From Thermoplasmata archaeon (GTDB lineage Archaea > Thermoplasmatota > Thermoplasmata > Lutacidiplasmatales > UBA184), in the NCBI GenBank assembly GCA_022749815.1, contig JAKIWV010000003.1:40938-104937 (forward strand): a stretch of 64,000 nucleotides of DNA, in the 5' to 3' direction. The notes under the pieces are model-generated. The model saw nothing but the letters and a program-made list of their open reading frames with translations. It was not told where the DNA came from and made no database searches. The translations under genes and the position numbers were made by a program. Each line of letters begins with the position of its first letter. The stretch's first letter is position 1. Below are positions 18,118 to 26,915 of this stretch, piece by piece.

Positions 18118-18834
18118 ATGTCTCCATCGGCCCCCCGTGCGCCGTCGGCGACCGACGACGAGCTGGTTCGTGAAGCCGAAGCAGCGCTCCGGAACCTCGG
18201 GTTCACGCGCGCGCGCTCGACCAGCCATCGGCCCACGCCCGCCCCCTCGTTCTGGGTCCAGGGACCTTCGGCCCACCGACGGTCCATCCCCGTGTACGTC
18301 GACCGCGCCGGCGCCGCGCTACCGGCGATGATGCTCCCCGCCGATGCATCACCGGACCGGGAAAACGACTTCACCCAATCCATTCTCGTGGTGCCGACCG
18401 ATGCCGCCGCCGAGTCGGCGTGGGGCCTCGTGCCGAAGACCGGCGCGGTGCCGGCCCCGGCGCAGGTCCGCATCTTGGTGCTCCGCGACCCGAAGGGAAC
18501 CGGACACTCGCCCCATTGGCATCTCGCCGCCGTGCCCCCCCGTGAAGTGCTGCGGTTGGCGACCGGGATCGTCGTGGGGATGTATCGCCGGGCGTTCTCG
18601 GGGGCCGGTCACGGCGACGTCGACTTCAGCGCGCTCCTGGGAACCCTGCGGGACGAATACCACATCGACGTGCCGCGGTCGCTCGGGGTCCAGAGCGACG
18701 AGGACGCCCTGTTCATCCTCTATCATCTGGCCCTCCGGGACACCTTCGCGCCCGGGAACATCGCGGGAAACCTCCACTCGATCGTCGCGAACCCGACCGG
18801 CCCCGCCAGCCGGATCCCCTGGTTCGCCGGCTAA
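18118..18834 (+). CDS. Hypothetical protein
   Basis: 238-aa ORF in an otherwise unoccupied region. No family recognised. Confidence 0.45.
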   Translation: MSPSAPRAPSATDDELVREAEAALRNLGFTRARSTSHRPTPAPSFWVQGPSAHRRSIPVYVDRAGAALPAMMLPADASPDRENDFTQSILVVPTDAAAESAWGLVPKTGAVPAPAQVRILVLRDPKGTGHSPHWHLAAVPPREVLRLATGIVVGMYRRAFSGAGHGDVDFSALLGTLRDEYHIDVPRSLGVQSDEDALFILYHLALRDTFAPGNIAGNLHSIVANPTGPASRIPWFAG

Positions 18835-18912
18835 GCGCCGGCGGCCCGGTTCGACCCAACGCAGGGAATAAGAACCGGCCGACCTGTTCGACGCGGGAGG
18901 AACGGACCGGCG

Positions 18913-19104
18913 ATGGCCGACAAATCCCCCTTCGCGTGGCCTTACACGCCGACGCCGGGTGGGAGCACTCCCCCCGCCGAGATGGGTCGTCCCGAAGGGC
19001 GCTCGGAGATCCGGTCGTTCTTCTGGCTCGCCCTGCTCAACACCCTGATCATCGCGGCGGTCGGGCTCGCGACCTGGTTCCTGTTGCACTCACCGACGCG
19101 CTAA
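18913..19104 (+). CDS. Small membrane protein (1 TM)
   Basis: C-terminal hydrophobic helix FFWLALLNTLIIAAVGLATWFLL. Confidence 0.35.
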   Translation: MADKSPFAWPYTPTPGGSTPPAEMGRPEGRSEIRSFFWLALLNTLIIAAVGLATWFLLHSPTR

Positions 19105-19166
19105 ACCCCCATCGCGGGGACAATGGTTATCCCCCCCGGGTCGGTCGGCGCCGCCCGGAACCTCGT

Positions 19167-19241
19167 GGGGCCGTGGGGTAGCTTGGACCATCCTTCTAGC
19201 TTGGGGTGCTAGAGACTCCGATTCAAATTCGGACGGCCCCA
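19167..19241 (+). tRNA. tRNA-Pro (anticodon GGG)
   Basis: Hand-folded cloverleaf: acceptor GGGGCCG/CGGCCCC, anticodon stem CTAGC/GCTAG, loop TTGGGGT, T arm TCCGA-TTCAAAT-TCGGA, discriminator A. CCA is not encoded. Confidence 0.9.
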
Positions 19242-19321
19242 TCGTCGTCACGGAACGGTAACCTCCGGGTTCGAAACGGTTGATACCCCCGACCGCCCCC
19301 CTCGACGCGAGGCGTCGAGCG

Positions 19322-19972
19322 ATGAAGGTGGGGGTTCTCGGAAGCGGCGAAGTCGGACGAAGGCTGGCCGGAGGGTTCGTGAGCCGCGGTCACGAGGTGG
19401 TCATCGGAACCCGGACGCCGAAGAAACCGGACCTGGTCCAATGGGCGGCGGGGCTCAAGGGGAAGGTCCAGGTCGGGTCCTTTACCGACGCGGCCCGAGA
19501 CGGGGAGCTCGTAGTGCTCGCGATCCAGGGTGAGGCCGCGGTCGCCGCGGTGGAGCTGGCCGGAACGCCCCATTTCTCCGGCAAGGTGCTGATCGACGTG
19601 ACCAATCCGCTCGACTTTTCGAAGGGCATGCCCCCGTCACTGCTCTTCGGGACCACCGACTCTCTGGGAGAGCGCGTGCAACGGGCCGCGCCCTCGGCGA
19701 AGGTCGTCAAGGCGTTCAACACCGTCGGAAACGGACAGATGGTGGACCCCCATGTGAAGGGACAGAAACACCTCGAACTCTTGATCGCCGGCAACGACGC
19801 GGCGGCGAAGCAGCGAGTGACGGAGATCGTGAAGTCGTTCGGCTGGTCCGGTACACTGGACGTTGGGGGAATCGAAGGCGCCCGTTGGCTCGAAGCGATG
19901 GTCCCCTTGTGGGTGCGTGCCGGGTCCGCGTTGAACACATTCTCGCACGTCTGGGTAGTCGGCCGGGATTGA
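19322..19972 (+). CDS. COG2085-type NADP oxidoreductase (F420-dependent NADP reductase family)
   Basis: MKVGVLGSGEVGRRLA Rossmann N-terminus. ATG inside ORF 19280..19972. Confidence 0.65.
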   Translation: MKVGVLGSGEVGRRLAGGFVSRGHEVVIGTRTPKKPDLVQWAAGLKGKVQVGSFTDAARDGELVVLAIQGEAAVAAVELAGTPHFSGKVLIDVTNPLDFSKGMPPSLLFGTTDSLGERVQRAAPSAKVVKAFNTVGNGQMVDPHVKGQKHLELLIAGNDAAAKQRVTEIVKSFGWSGTLDVGGIEGARWLEAMVPLWVRAGSALNTFSHVWVVGRD

Positions 19973-20055
19973 ACCGTCGAAGGTCTCCCGTTGCCCCCCC
20001 CGCCGAAACGCCTAAGCGCCGTTTCGGCTCCCCACCTCCTCCCGGAGGAGTGGGG

Positions 20056-20412
20056 ATGGAACCGGACCGCTTGGGCTTCCTGTTTGGTGTATTCGCAGGG
20101 ATCATCCTCTTCCTCGGGGCCTTGTTCATCTTCATCGGGGGCGTCGTCTCCCTCGTCATCAACGGGTTTTCGTCGGAGTTTATCGTCAACACGACGAGTC
20201 GGCTCATCCTCGACGGCGTGCTCGGGTTGTTGTTCGTGTTCTTCGCGGCGCTCGCCGCTCGTCGGCAGGGCGATTTCACCCTCGCCGGTGGCGTCATCTT
20301 GGTGGTGCTGTCGGTCGGGACCTGGTATGTTCTGGGCCTTCACTTGTTCGAGGCACTGGCCGGAATTTTCGGCTTAATCGCCGGTATCCTCTTCCTCGTA
20401 GCGAGGCGCTGA
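20056..20412 (+). CDS. Membrane protein (4 TM)
   Basis: Four hydrophobic helices. ATG inside ORF 19885..20412. Confidence 0.5.
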   Translation: MEPDRLGFLFGVFAGIILFLGALFIFIGGVVSLVINGFSSEFIVNTTSRLILDGVLGLLFVFFAALAARRQGDFTLAGGVILVVLSVGTWYVLGLHLFEALAGIFGLIAGILFLVARR

Positions 20413-20464
20413 ATCACGCCCTCGGAGGGTCCCTTTAACTCGGCCGACCGGTTCCCCGGCCCCC

Positions 20465-21079
20465 ATGGGTCGCCGGTTCGTTGTGGAACGCCGGAACGAC
20501 CGGTACTACCGGGCGGCTCAGGCCGAGGGACTCCGGTCCCGAGCGGCCTTCAAGCTCACCTACCTCGCTGACCGTTTTCCGATCTTCCGGACGGGGAATC
20601 GTGTGCTCGACCTCGGGGCCGCGCCCGGAGGCTGGTCGTTGGTGGCATCGGAACGCGTCGGCCCTCGCGGGCAAGTCGTCGCGGTCGACCCTCGGCTCGT
20701 CGAGCCGATCCCACGCGTCGAGGTCATCCGGAGCCTGGTCGGCGCTCCGGACCTCGCGTCGCGTCTGGGACCCGACCTGTTCGACGTTGTGCTGTCGGAC
20801 ATGTCCCCACGGATCAGCGGCGCGTACGCGACGGACCATGCCCGCAGCGTGGCCCTCGTGCTGGACGCTTGGACGCTCGCCCAGCGCGTGTTGAAACCGG
20901 GAGGCCGCTGGGTGGCGAAGGTCTTCGACGGAGACCTCCTCAGCGAGGCCGAAGCTCGGATGCGCCCCGCCTTCGACCGATGGCAACGCACCAAGCCGCC
21001 GGCCTCGCGAGAACAATCCTCGGAGCTCTACCTGCTCGGTTTCGGATTCCATCCCGGAGCGGAGTCCGAGGGGCCGTGA
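20465..21079 (+). CDS. rlmE: 23S rRNA 2'-O-ribose methyltransferase RlmE/FtsJ
   Basis: YYRAAQAEGLRSRAAFKL and VLDLGAAPGGWS motifs. Confidence 0.85.
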   Translation: MGRRFVVERRNDRYYRAAQAEGLRSRAAFKLTYLADRFPIFRTGNRVLDLGAAPGGWSLVASERVGPRGQVVAVDPRLVEPIPRVEVIRSLVGAPDLASRLGPDLFDVVLSDMSPRISGAYATDHARSVALVLDAWTLAQRVLKPGGRWVAKVFDGDLLSEAEARMRPAFDRWQRTKPPASREQSSELYLLGFGFHPGAESEGP

Positions 21080-21744
21080 ACGGCCGAGCGGACGCGGCCG
21101 CGCCATGGGAGGAACGCGCTCGGGAAATGGTGGACGCGCTCCGACCGCTCTCCCCGAGAGTCGCCGACGCGATGCTGCGAGTCGCTCGTCATCGGTTCGT
21201 GCCCGCCGAGCTCGCGAGCGAAGCGTACGACGACACCCCCTTGCCCCTGGGATTCGCCGGGTCCACGATCTCGGCTCCCCACATGATCGCCCTCATGCTC
21301 GAGTGGGCCGAGCTCGTTCCCGGACTTCGCGTCCTGGAGCTGGGCTCCGGGTCGGGGTACCTCGCGGCCCTCCTCGCGGAGCTCGTGCGGCCCGGGGGCC
21401 GGGTCGTCGGCGTCGAGGTCGAGTCGCGGCTCGCCGAGGGGTCCAAGCTCCGGCTCGCGGAGCTGGGGTACGGGGAGGATGTGGCGATTCACGTCTCCGA
21501 CGCGCGCGCCGGATGGCCGCTCGACGCGCCGTATAACCGGATCCTCGTCTCCTTCGCGACTCCGATGATCTTCCCGGAATGGACCGCCCAACTGGGGAGC
21601 CTGGGAGTCCTGCTCGCCCCCGTGGGACCGGGCCGCGGCCAGGTGCTCCAGCGCCTGCGACGAGGGCCGAACGGGGATCGGCTCGAAGACGGTCCGGAGT
21701 GCATTTTTGTCGGTCTGTCGCCGGCGGGGGCTCGCCCTAAATAG
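21076..21744 (+). CDS. pcm: Protein-L-isoaspartate O-methyltransferase
   Basis: RHRFVP...TISAPHMIA...VLELGSGSGY. GTGA overlap with the rlmE stop. Confidence 0.8.
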   Translation: MNGRADAAAPWEERAREMVDALRPLSPRVADAMLRVARHRFVPAELASEAYDDTPLPLGFAGSTISAPHMIALMLEWAELVPGLRVLELGSGSGYLAALLAELVRPGGRVVGVEVESRLAEGSKLRLAELGYGEDVAIHVSDARAGWPLDAPYNRILVSFATPMIFPEWTAQLGSLGVLLAPVGPGRGQVLQRLRRGPNGDRLEDGPECIFVGLSPAGARPK

Positions 21745-21791
21745 ACCCGCATTCTACGGGGTCCTCCCCTGATTTTCGGATTTGGTCAGTT

Positions 21792-22976
21792 GTGATCCGT
21801 TTCGGACCGGCCGGCATCCCGCTCTCCTGTAAGGGGAGAACGTTGCGCGACGGCATCTCGGACGTTCACCATCTCGGACTGACGGCCATGGAAGTGCAAT
21901 TCATCAAAGTCAATCCGCTCACGCGCATCGTCCTCGAGGAGGAAGTCGGCAAGCTCCCGTTCGAGGTCCCCACGCAACTCCTGGTCGAGGTCGGCGAGAC
22001 CCAGCGGGCCGCGGCGGATTCGGCCGCACTGCGCACCCCGCTCAAGCGTCGACAGAACGTCACCGGGCTCACGTGGAGCCTCGCGAAAGATTTCGCCGAC
22101 CTCGCCCAGACCCGCGCGCTCGCGCGCGCCCTCGACGTGAAGCTGACGCTGCATGCGCCGTACTATGTCGACTTCTTTGGTAGCGACGAGGCCCGGGACC
22201 GCAGCATTCGTCAGATCCAGTGGGCGGGGCTGTTGGCGTCCGGCCTGGGCGCCGGACTCGATGTCACTCATCTGGGATTCTATGGCGGGGGGTCCCGGGC
22301 CGACAGCATCCACGAGCTGGCCCAGGTCGCGAGGGAGCTCGAGACGTGGCTCCAGAAGACGACCAGCGGGGGCGTGCACTTGGCCGTCGAGCCGAGCGGC
22401 CATCCCGACGTCTTCGGCTCCCGAGAGGAGATCCTCGAGCTCTCCCACCAGATCCGGGGCATCGTGCCGGTCCTCAACCTGCCTCACCTCGCGGCCCGCG
22501 AGCGCACTAGGTTCGACGACGCCGTGCAGCTGAAGGCGCTCGTCGATCAGTTCGTCGAGGCCAGCCATGGGGATCTCTATCTGAACTTCTCAGGAGTCGA
22601 GTTCTACGGACCCACCGAGTTCCGGCTCACGCCGATCAAACGAGGGGCGATCCGGTTCGACACTCTGGCGGAGATCTTGGCCGACCGGGAGTACGACGTG
22701 ACCGTCATCTCGAGTTCGCCGTTGCTCGAGCACGACGGCATGTACCTCAAGCTGCTCTACGAGCGCGCGCTGACCCGCCGGTGGACGAAGAAGCACGCCC
22801 CGCCTGCTCCCAAGGCCCCCCCAGTCCCGCCTAAGGTCGTGCCCCCCACCAAGGGCGCTCGACCCCCGGGCCGACCCCCTCCGAAGCGGGGGACGAAGCC
22901 CCGCGCGAAGCCCCCGCACCGCCCGCCGTCGCAATCGTCCCGGCCTCCCTCGAAGAGGAGCCATGGACGTCGCTAG
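21792..22976 (+). CDS. Xylose-isomerase-like TIM-barrel / endonuclease IV-like protein with Pro/Lys-rich C-terminal tail
   Basis: FGPAGIP...LTAMEVQF...LTLHAPYYVDF. About 60-aa PPxPK-rich tail. Confidence 0.6.
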   Translation: MIRFGPAGIPLSCKGRTLRDGISDVHHLGLTAMEVQFIKVNPLTRIVLEEEVGKLPFEVPTQLLVEVGETQRAAADSAALRTPLKRRQNVTGLTWSLAKDFADLAQTRALARALDVKLTLHAPYYVDFFGSDEARDRSIRQIQWAGLLASGLGAGLDVTHLGFYGGGSRADSIHELAQVARELETWLQKTTSGGVHLAVEPSGHPDVFGSREEILELSHQIRGIVPVLNLPHLAARERTRFDDAVQLKALVDQFVEASHGDLYLNFSGVEFYGPTEFRLTPIKRGAIRFDTLAEILADREYDVTVISSSPLLEHDGMYLKLLYERALTRRWTKKHAPPAPKAPPVPPKVVPPTKGARPPGRPPPKRGTKPRAKPPHRPPSQSSRPPSKRSHGRR

Positions 22977-23535
22977 CCGGCCCGACGACTCCGCCTTCGC
23001 ACGGGCACAGCTCTACATCGCTCGACGCGTCGCCGAAGCGCTGGCGCAGATACCGGCCGAGCGGATCCAGCAGGCCGTCGATCTCCTGCTCAAGGCGCCG
23101 GAGATCTTCGTCTACGGCGCGGGACGCAGCGGGATCATCGGACGGGCCTTCGCGATGCGGCTCGTCCAGGTGGGTCTGGCGGCCTTCGTGATCGGTGAGA
23201 GCACGACGCCGATCGTGCGCTCAGGGGACGCGGTCTTCATCCTCTCGGGTCGGGGCGAGAGTCAGTCCAGCATTCAGACCGCGAACATCGTCCGGCGCGA
23301 GGGGGCCCAGCTGGTCGTCCTCACCGGCCGCTCGACCTCGAAGCTGGCCCACGCGGCGAACCTCTCGATCCCCCTCGAGTTCCCCGACGACCCGGACCGG
23401 CCCGAGCTGGCGCCGCTCGGCACCCTGTTCGAATCGGCGAGCCTTCAATTCACCGACGCGCTGGTCAGCGCCATCATGCGGGCCCGGGGCGAGAGCGAAG
23501 AGTCCATGCGCCGGCGCCACGCGATCATGGTCTAG
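22963..23535 (+). CDS. SIS-domain protein, 6-phospho-3-hexuloisomerase-like
   Basis: FVYGAGRSGIIGRAFAMRL...ILSGRGES. About 190 aa. Confidence 0.65.
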   Translation: MDVASRPDDSAFARAQLYIARRVAEALAQIPAERIQQAVDLLLKAPEIFVYGAGRSGIIGRAFAMRLVQVGLAAFVIGESTTPIVRSGDAVFILSGRGESQSSIQTANIVRREGAQLVVLTGRSTSKLAHAANLSIPLEFPDDPDRPELAPLGTLFESASLQFTDALVSAIMRARGESEESMRRRHAIMV

Positions 23536-23577
23536 GCGCCGCTCAAAACTTAAGTCGCGTCGGGAATCCTGCCGGGC

Positions 23578-24081
23578 GTGCCGCGCGCCCCCCCGACGCC
23601 TCCGGGAATCTCCCTCGTGCCGATCCCGACCCGTTTCTTCGTGACCAGCGGCAAGGGGATCAACAAGGTGAGCGAGCTCAACGCCTTCGACCTGGGTTTG
23701 CTGCAGGCGGGCATCGGAGAGCAGAACCTCGTCTCCGTCTCGTCGGTCCTCCCGATCGGGATCCGGCAGATCGACCGGTTGCGGTTGCCTCGCGGCGCGA
23801 TCACGCACGCCGTGCTGGCCCGGCAAGGCGGCGGCGAAGGGGAGGTCGTGAGCGCGGGGATCGCGTACGGGTTCCGGACGGACGGGGAAGGCGGCTACGT
23901 CGCCGAGGGCCATCTCAACGGAACCCAGAAGGCGCTCAAGGAGTTCCTCAAGTGGAGGATGGAAGAGATCGCCCACTTCCGCGGGGTCGAGCTGAAGCGG
24001 ATCCGCTACCGCACCGAAGAGCTCTCGATCCCGATGGACCACTACGGGGTCTGCATCGCGGCGTGCGTCTTCCTCCCCTAG
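23578..24081 (+). CDS. pdaD: Pyruvoyl-dependent arginine decarboxylase
   Basis: ELNAFDLGLLQAGIGEQNLVSVSSVLP (self-cleavage SS site). Start uncertain; GTG 23617 is an alternative. Confidence 0.8.
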   Translation: MPRAPPTPPGISLVPIPTRFFVTSGKGINKVSELNAFDLGLLQAGIGEQNLVSVSSVLPIGIRQIDRLRLPRGAITHAVLARQGGGEGEVVSAGIAYGFRTDGEGGYVAEGHLNGTQKALKEFLKWRMEEIAHFRGVELKRIRYRTEELSIPMDHYGVCIAACVFLP

Positions 24082-24911
24082 ACCGGCCGGTACCCCCCGG
24101 TCTCCTTCAGCCCGTCGAAGACGAGGTACTCGCCCCGACCGTAGGGAAGAAACCCGATCTTGGTCGCCACCCGCTGCGAGGCGAAGTTGTCGCTGCCCGT
24201 GCTCCAGACCGGTATCAGCCCCCGGGCCTGTACCTCCCGAGCGACCAAACTCGTGGCCGCGGTAGAGAGACCCTGGCCTCGATACGGTTCGAGCGTGCGG
24301 ACGCCGATGTCGGCGTACCGCCGGTTGGAGTAGTTGGACACTGACACCGCGACGATCTGGCCTCCCATGATCCCGGCCGCCGCGGCGCGGTCGTTCAACA
24401 GATCCTCATACGTTCGGTATCCGCCGACCCAGAACTCCCGACCGGTGCCCTCCATCAACGGGATGTCAGCCGGATTCAGCAGTCGCACCGCCGGGTGCGG
24501 ATGGGGGTCGGGCGGCCGCTCCAACGTATAGAACAGATCGCCCAGCCAGCGGAACGGAAGCGGGACCTCGCGCGCGAAGATCTGGGCGAAGCGGGTCATG
24601 GCTTCGGTCGATCCACTGAGACAGAACCATCCGGGGATCCTCGAGAGCAGCGACCACCCGGCCTCGGGATCGCCGCCAACGAATTCGGGCTCGCCAGGGG
24701 TTCCCGCGTGCTGCACGATGACCGCGTTCGGAGCTTCGAGGGGCCCCGACACGAAGGCGCGGTCGAGTCCGGCGCGCAGACCCGCGCAGGCGATGGCGGA
24801 GTAGGGTGTGACCGGGAGACCTTCCGCGAGGGCCACCCCTTCCCGTTCGGTGAGAGGGGGGAGTCCGGGAACCGCCGTCCACTCGGGGCGGGGGATCGGG
24901 GTCGGAGACAT
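24078..24911 (-). CDS. GNAT-family N-acetyltransferase (two-domain)
   Basis: C-terminal YRGQGLSTAATSLVAREVQARGLIPVW acetyl-CoA binding motif. Confidence 0.65.
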   Translation of the reverse strand: MSPTPIPRPEWTAVPGLPPLTEREGVALAEGLPVTPYSAIACAGLRAGLDRAFVSGPLEAPNAVIVQHAGTPGEPEFVGGDPEAGWSLLSRIPGWFCLSGSTEAMTRFAQIFAREVPLPFRWLGDLFYTLERPPDPHPHPAVRLLNPADIPLMEGTGREFWVGGYRTYEDLLNDRAAAAGIMGGQIVAVSVSNYSNRRYADIGVRTLEPYRGQGLSTAATSLVAREVQARGLIPVWSTGSDNFASQRVATKIGFLPYGRGEYLVFDGLKETGGYRPV

Positions 24912-24929
24912 AGGGGCTTCCGGGGGGCG

Positions 24930-25268
24930 TTAGAGGAGTTTCCGGAAGAGCAGCTTGTCCTCGATAGTACCGTCGATCTGGAGCTTGCGTGTGACGAGGG
25001 CCTTCATCGGGCCAATCTCCTTCTGGACCAGACCCAAGAACGTGGCCGTGTCGGTGCGGATCGTGAGGTCCGCCGTGGCCGAGTTCCCGGTGCGGAGGCC
25101 GGACAACGCCCCGTCCCTCAGCTCGAGCATGTAGTGGTCCGCGTCGGAAAAGTGGATCGCGATGCTCCGCTGGAGGCCCGCGAGCTCGGTTTTCACCGCC
25201 GGGTTCTGGGCCGCGCGCCGGTTGAAACGGTCCACCAGGGAGGCGAGGGTTTCCTCGATCACGGCCAT
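24930..25268 (-). CDS. SCP2 sterol-carrier-like domain protein
   Basis: About 110 aa ending ...LVTRKLQIDGTIEDKLLFRKLL. Confidence 0.6.
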   Translation of the reverse strand: MAVIEETLASLVDRFNRRAAQNPAVKTELAGLQRSIAIHFSDADHYMLELRDGALSGLRTGNSATADLTIRTDTATFLGLVQKEIGPMKALVTRKLQIDGTIEDKLLFRKLL

Positions 25269-25921
25269 ACGGTATCGAGCGTTCGGAGTCGGGGCCGTGG
25301 CTTAAGCCTTGCAATCGTCGCCCACGAGTACCGCAACCACGCCACCCGCTCAACCGTCGAGGAGAGGTGGTCCTTCACGAAGAGCTGCGTCTTCGCGTCG
25401 GACGGGTAGCCGCTGCCGAAATCCGACTCCAGCCGGCGGCGGAGACGGCCCACCGCCCGGTCGCGACAGACCTTTGCGACGATCGATGCGGCGGAAACGA
25501 TCGGCAGGTCCCGGTCGGCGTGGTGGGCGGAGACGACGCGGGCCCGGCTGCGAGCGAGGGACTTCACTCGACGGCCGAACCGCTCCGCCCGAACATCGCA
25601 GGCGTCCACGTAGACCTCGTGGGCGTCTGTCATCGTGAGCAGTCGGGCGAAGACGCGCGCCTCGAGCAGGTTCAGCTCCCCCCGGGCCACCGCCGCATCG
25701 ACCTGCGAGGGAGGAATGAGGATCGCGATCCGCTCACCCAGGCCCTGGAGGGCATCGAACAGGCGCTCCCGACGTTCGGGCGAGAGGAGCTTGGAGTCCC
25801 GGACACCGAGCGCGGAGAGCTCATCGAGCCGGCTCCGTTCGGTGAGGAACCCCCCGACGACCAGCGGGCCGAGGACGCTTCCGCGGCCCGCCTCATCGAT
25901 GCCAAGGACCTTCGGGTCCAT
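25259..25921 (-). CDS. rnhB: Ribonuclease HII
   Basis: GIDEAGRGSVLGPLVV, DSKLL and SAASIVAKV motifs. ATG 25921 inside long ORF 25259..27268. Confidence 0.85.
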   Translation of the reverse strand: MDPKVLGIDEAGRGSVLGPLVVGGFLTERSRLDELSALGVRDSKLLSPERRERLFDALQGLGERIAILIPPSQVDAAVARGELNLLEARVFARLLTMTDAHEVYVDACDVRAERFGRRVKSLARSRARVVSAHHADRDLPIVSAASIVAKVCRDRAVGRLRRRLESDFGSGYPSDAKTQLFVKDHLSSTVERVAWLRYSWATIARLKPRPRLRTLDTVWP

Positions 25922-26014
25922 GGAAGAGTACAGGGCGGGCCCACCGTATCTGGGTTCCGTCGTTGAATGTCGTCCCGCAGAAACAGTTAATCCACGACCC
26001 CCCGCTGGCGAACC

Positions 26015-26908
26015 GTGGCGCTCGACGGCCTCTCGGTGCCCGTTCCGACGATCTTCGGGGAGAACGAGAAGATCGATGCCGGCCTGAACGCGCGCTTCAC
26101 GCGCCAGCTCTGCGACGCGCATGTGGACCATATCTTCTTGCTCGGCACGCTCGGGGAGTTTCCCCTGGTGACGCCCCAGGAGCGGCCCGCGCTGGTGGAA
26201 GCGGTCATCGAGAGTCTGGGGTGGCGCACCGACGGCTGGGTGGGCTGTGGCGCTCCGTCGACGGCCCAGGCCGTGGCCAACGCTGTGCAGGCCGAGGAAG
26301 CGGGAGCCGCCGCGGTGGTCGCGGTTCCACCGTACTACCTTTCTCCCACCGAGGCGTCCATCAAGCACTACTTCCGGGCGATCCAGAAGGCCGTCGGCAT
26401 TCCGGTGCTCTGCTACAACATCCCGGCGCACGTCGGGTACGCGGTCTCCCCCGCGCTCGTCCACGAGTTGGCTCGCGAGAAGGTGCTCGCCGGGATCAAG
26501 GACACCTCCGGATCGCTCGATTCGGTGACCGGATTCCTCCGCGGCGCGCCCGACGGATTCGCGGTGTTCCCGGGGGACGATGGGCTCGCCGCGTCGTCGA
26601 TCGCCGCCGGCGCGGTCGGCGCGGTCATGGGTTCGGCAAATGTCGTTCCTCGATTGGGGGTGGAGTTGGTCGCCGCGGCCCGGAGAGGCGATGCGAAGAG
26701 GGTCGGCGAGCTGGAGGTTCCGCTCAAGGCGCTGCTCCTCGCGATGGAGGCCGGTCCGTTCCCCTCCGTGGTGAAGTACCTCGCTCAACGGCTTCGACAG
26801 GTCGGGGCCGGCTACCGGGAACCGTACGGTCCTCTCACAGCGGAAGAGCAAGCTCGGGTCGACGCGGCCCTCCTCCGAGCGGAGCCGCTGTTGCGTCCGT
26901 TCTTGTAG
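26015..26908 (+). CDS. DapA-family class I aldolase, 2-keto-3-deoxygluconate aldolase-like
   Basis: YNIP Tyr and GIKDTSG Schiff-base Lys. Adjacent to the glucose dehydrogenase gene. Confidence 0.7.
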   Translation: MALDGLSVPVPTIFGENEKIDAGLNARFTRQLCDAHVDHIFLLGTLGEFPLVTPQERPALVEAVIESLGWRTDGWVGCGAPSTAQAVANAVQAEEAGAAAVVAVPPYYLSPTEASIKHYFRAIQKAVGIPVLCYNIPAHVGYAVSPALVHELAREKVLAGIKDTSGSLDSVTGFLRGAPDGFAVFPGDDGLAASSIAAGAVGAVMGSANVVPRLGVELVAAARRGDAKRVGELEVPLKALLLAMEAGPFPSVVKYLAQRLRQVGAGYREPYGPLTAEEQARVDAALLRAEPLLRPFL

Positions 26909-26915
26909 GTGATCC

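Noticed and set aside
19301-19319. An 8-bp hairpin, CTCGACGC-gag-GCGTCGAG, ending 2 nt before the ATG at 19322 (possible translational control or a tRNA terminator).
   Set aside because: It is a single short GC hairpin in GC-rich DNA with no oligo-T. It also falls inside the alternative longer ORF 19280-19972. The evidence is insufficient.
19167-21744. An integrated element at tRNA-Pro.
   Set aside because: The downstream genes are housekeeping (oxidoreductase, RlmE, Pcm). I noticed no integrase and no duplicated tRNA 3' fragment.
24078-24081. A shared palindromic CTAG that provides the stop codon for both the convergent pdaD and GNAT genes.
   Set aside because: It is real but trivial, a by-product of tight packing.
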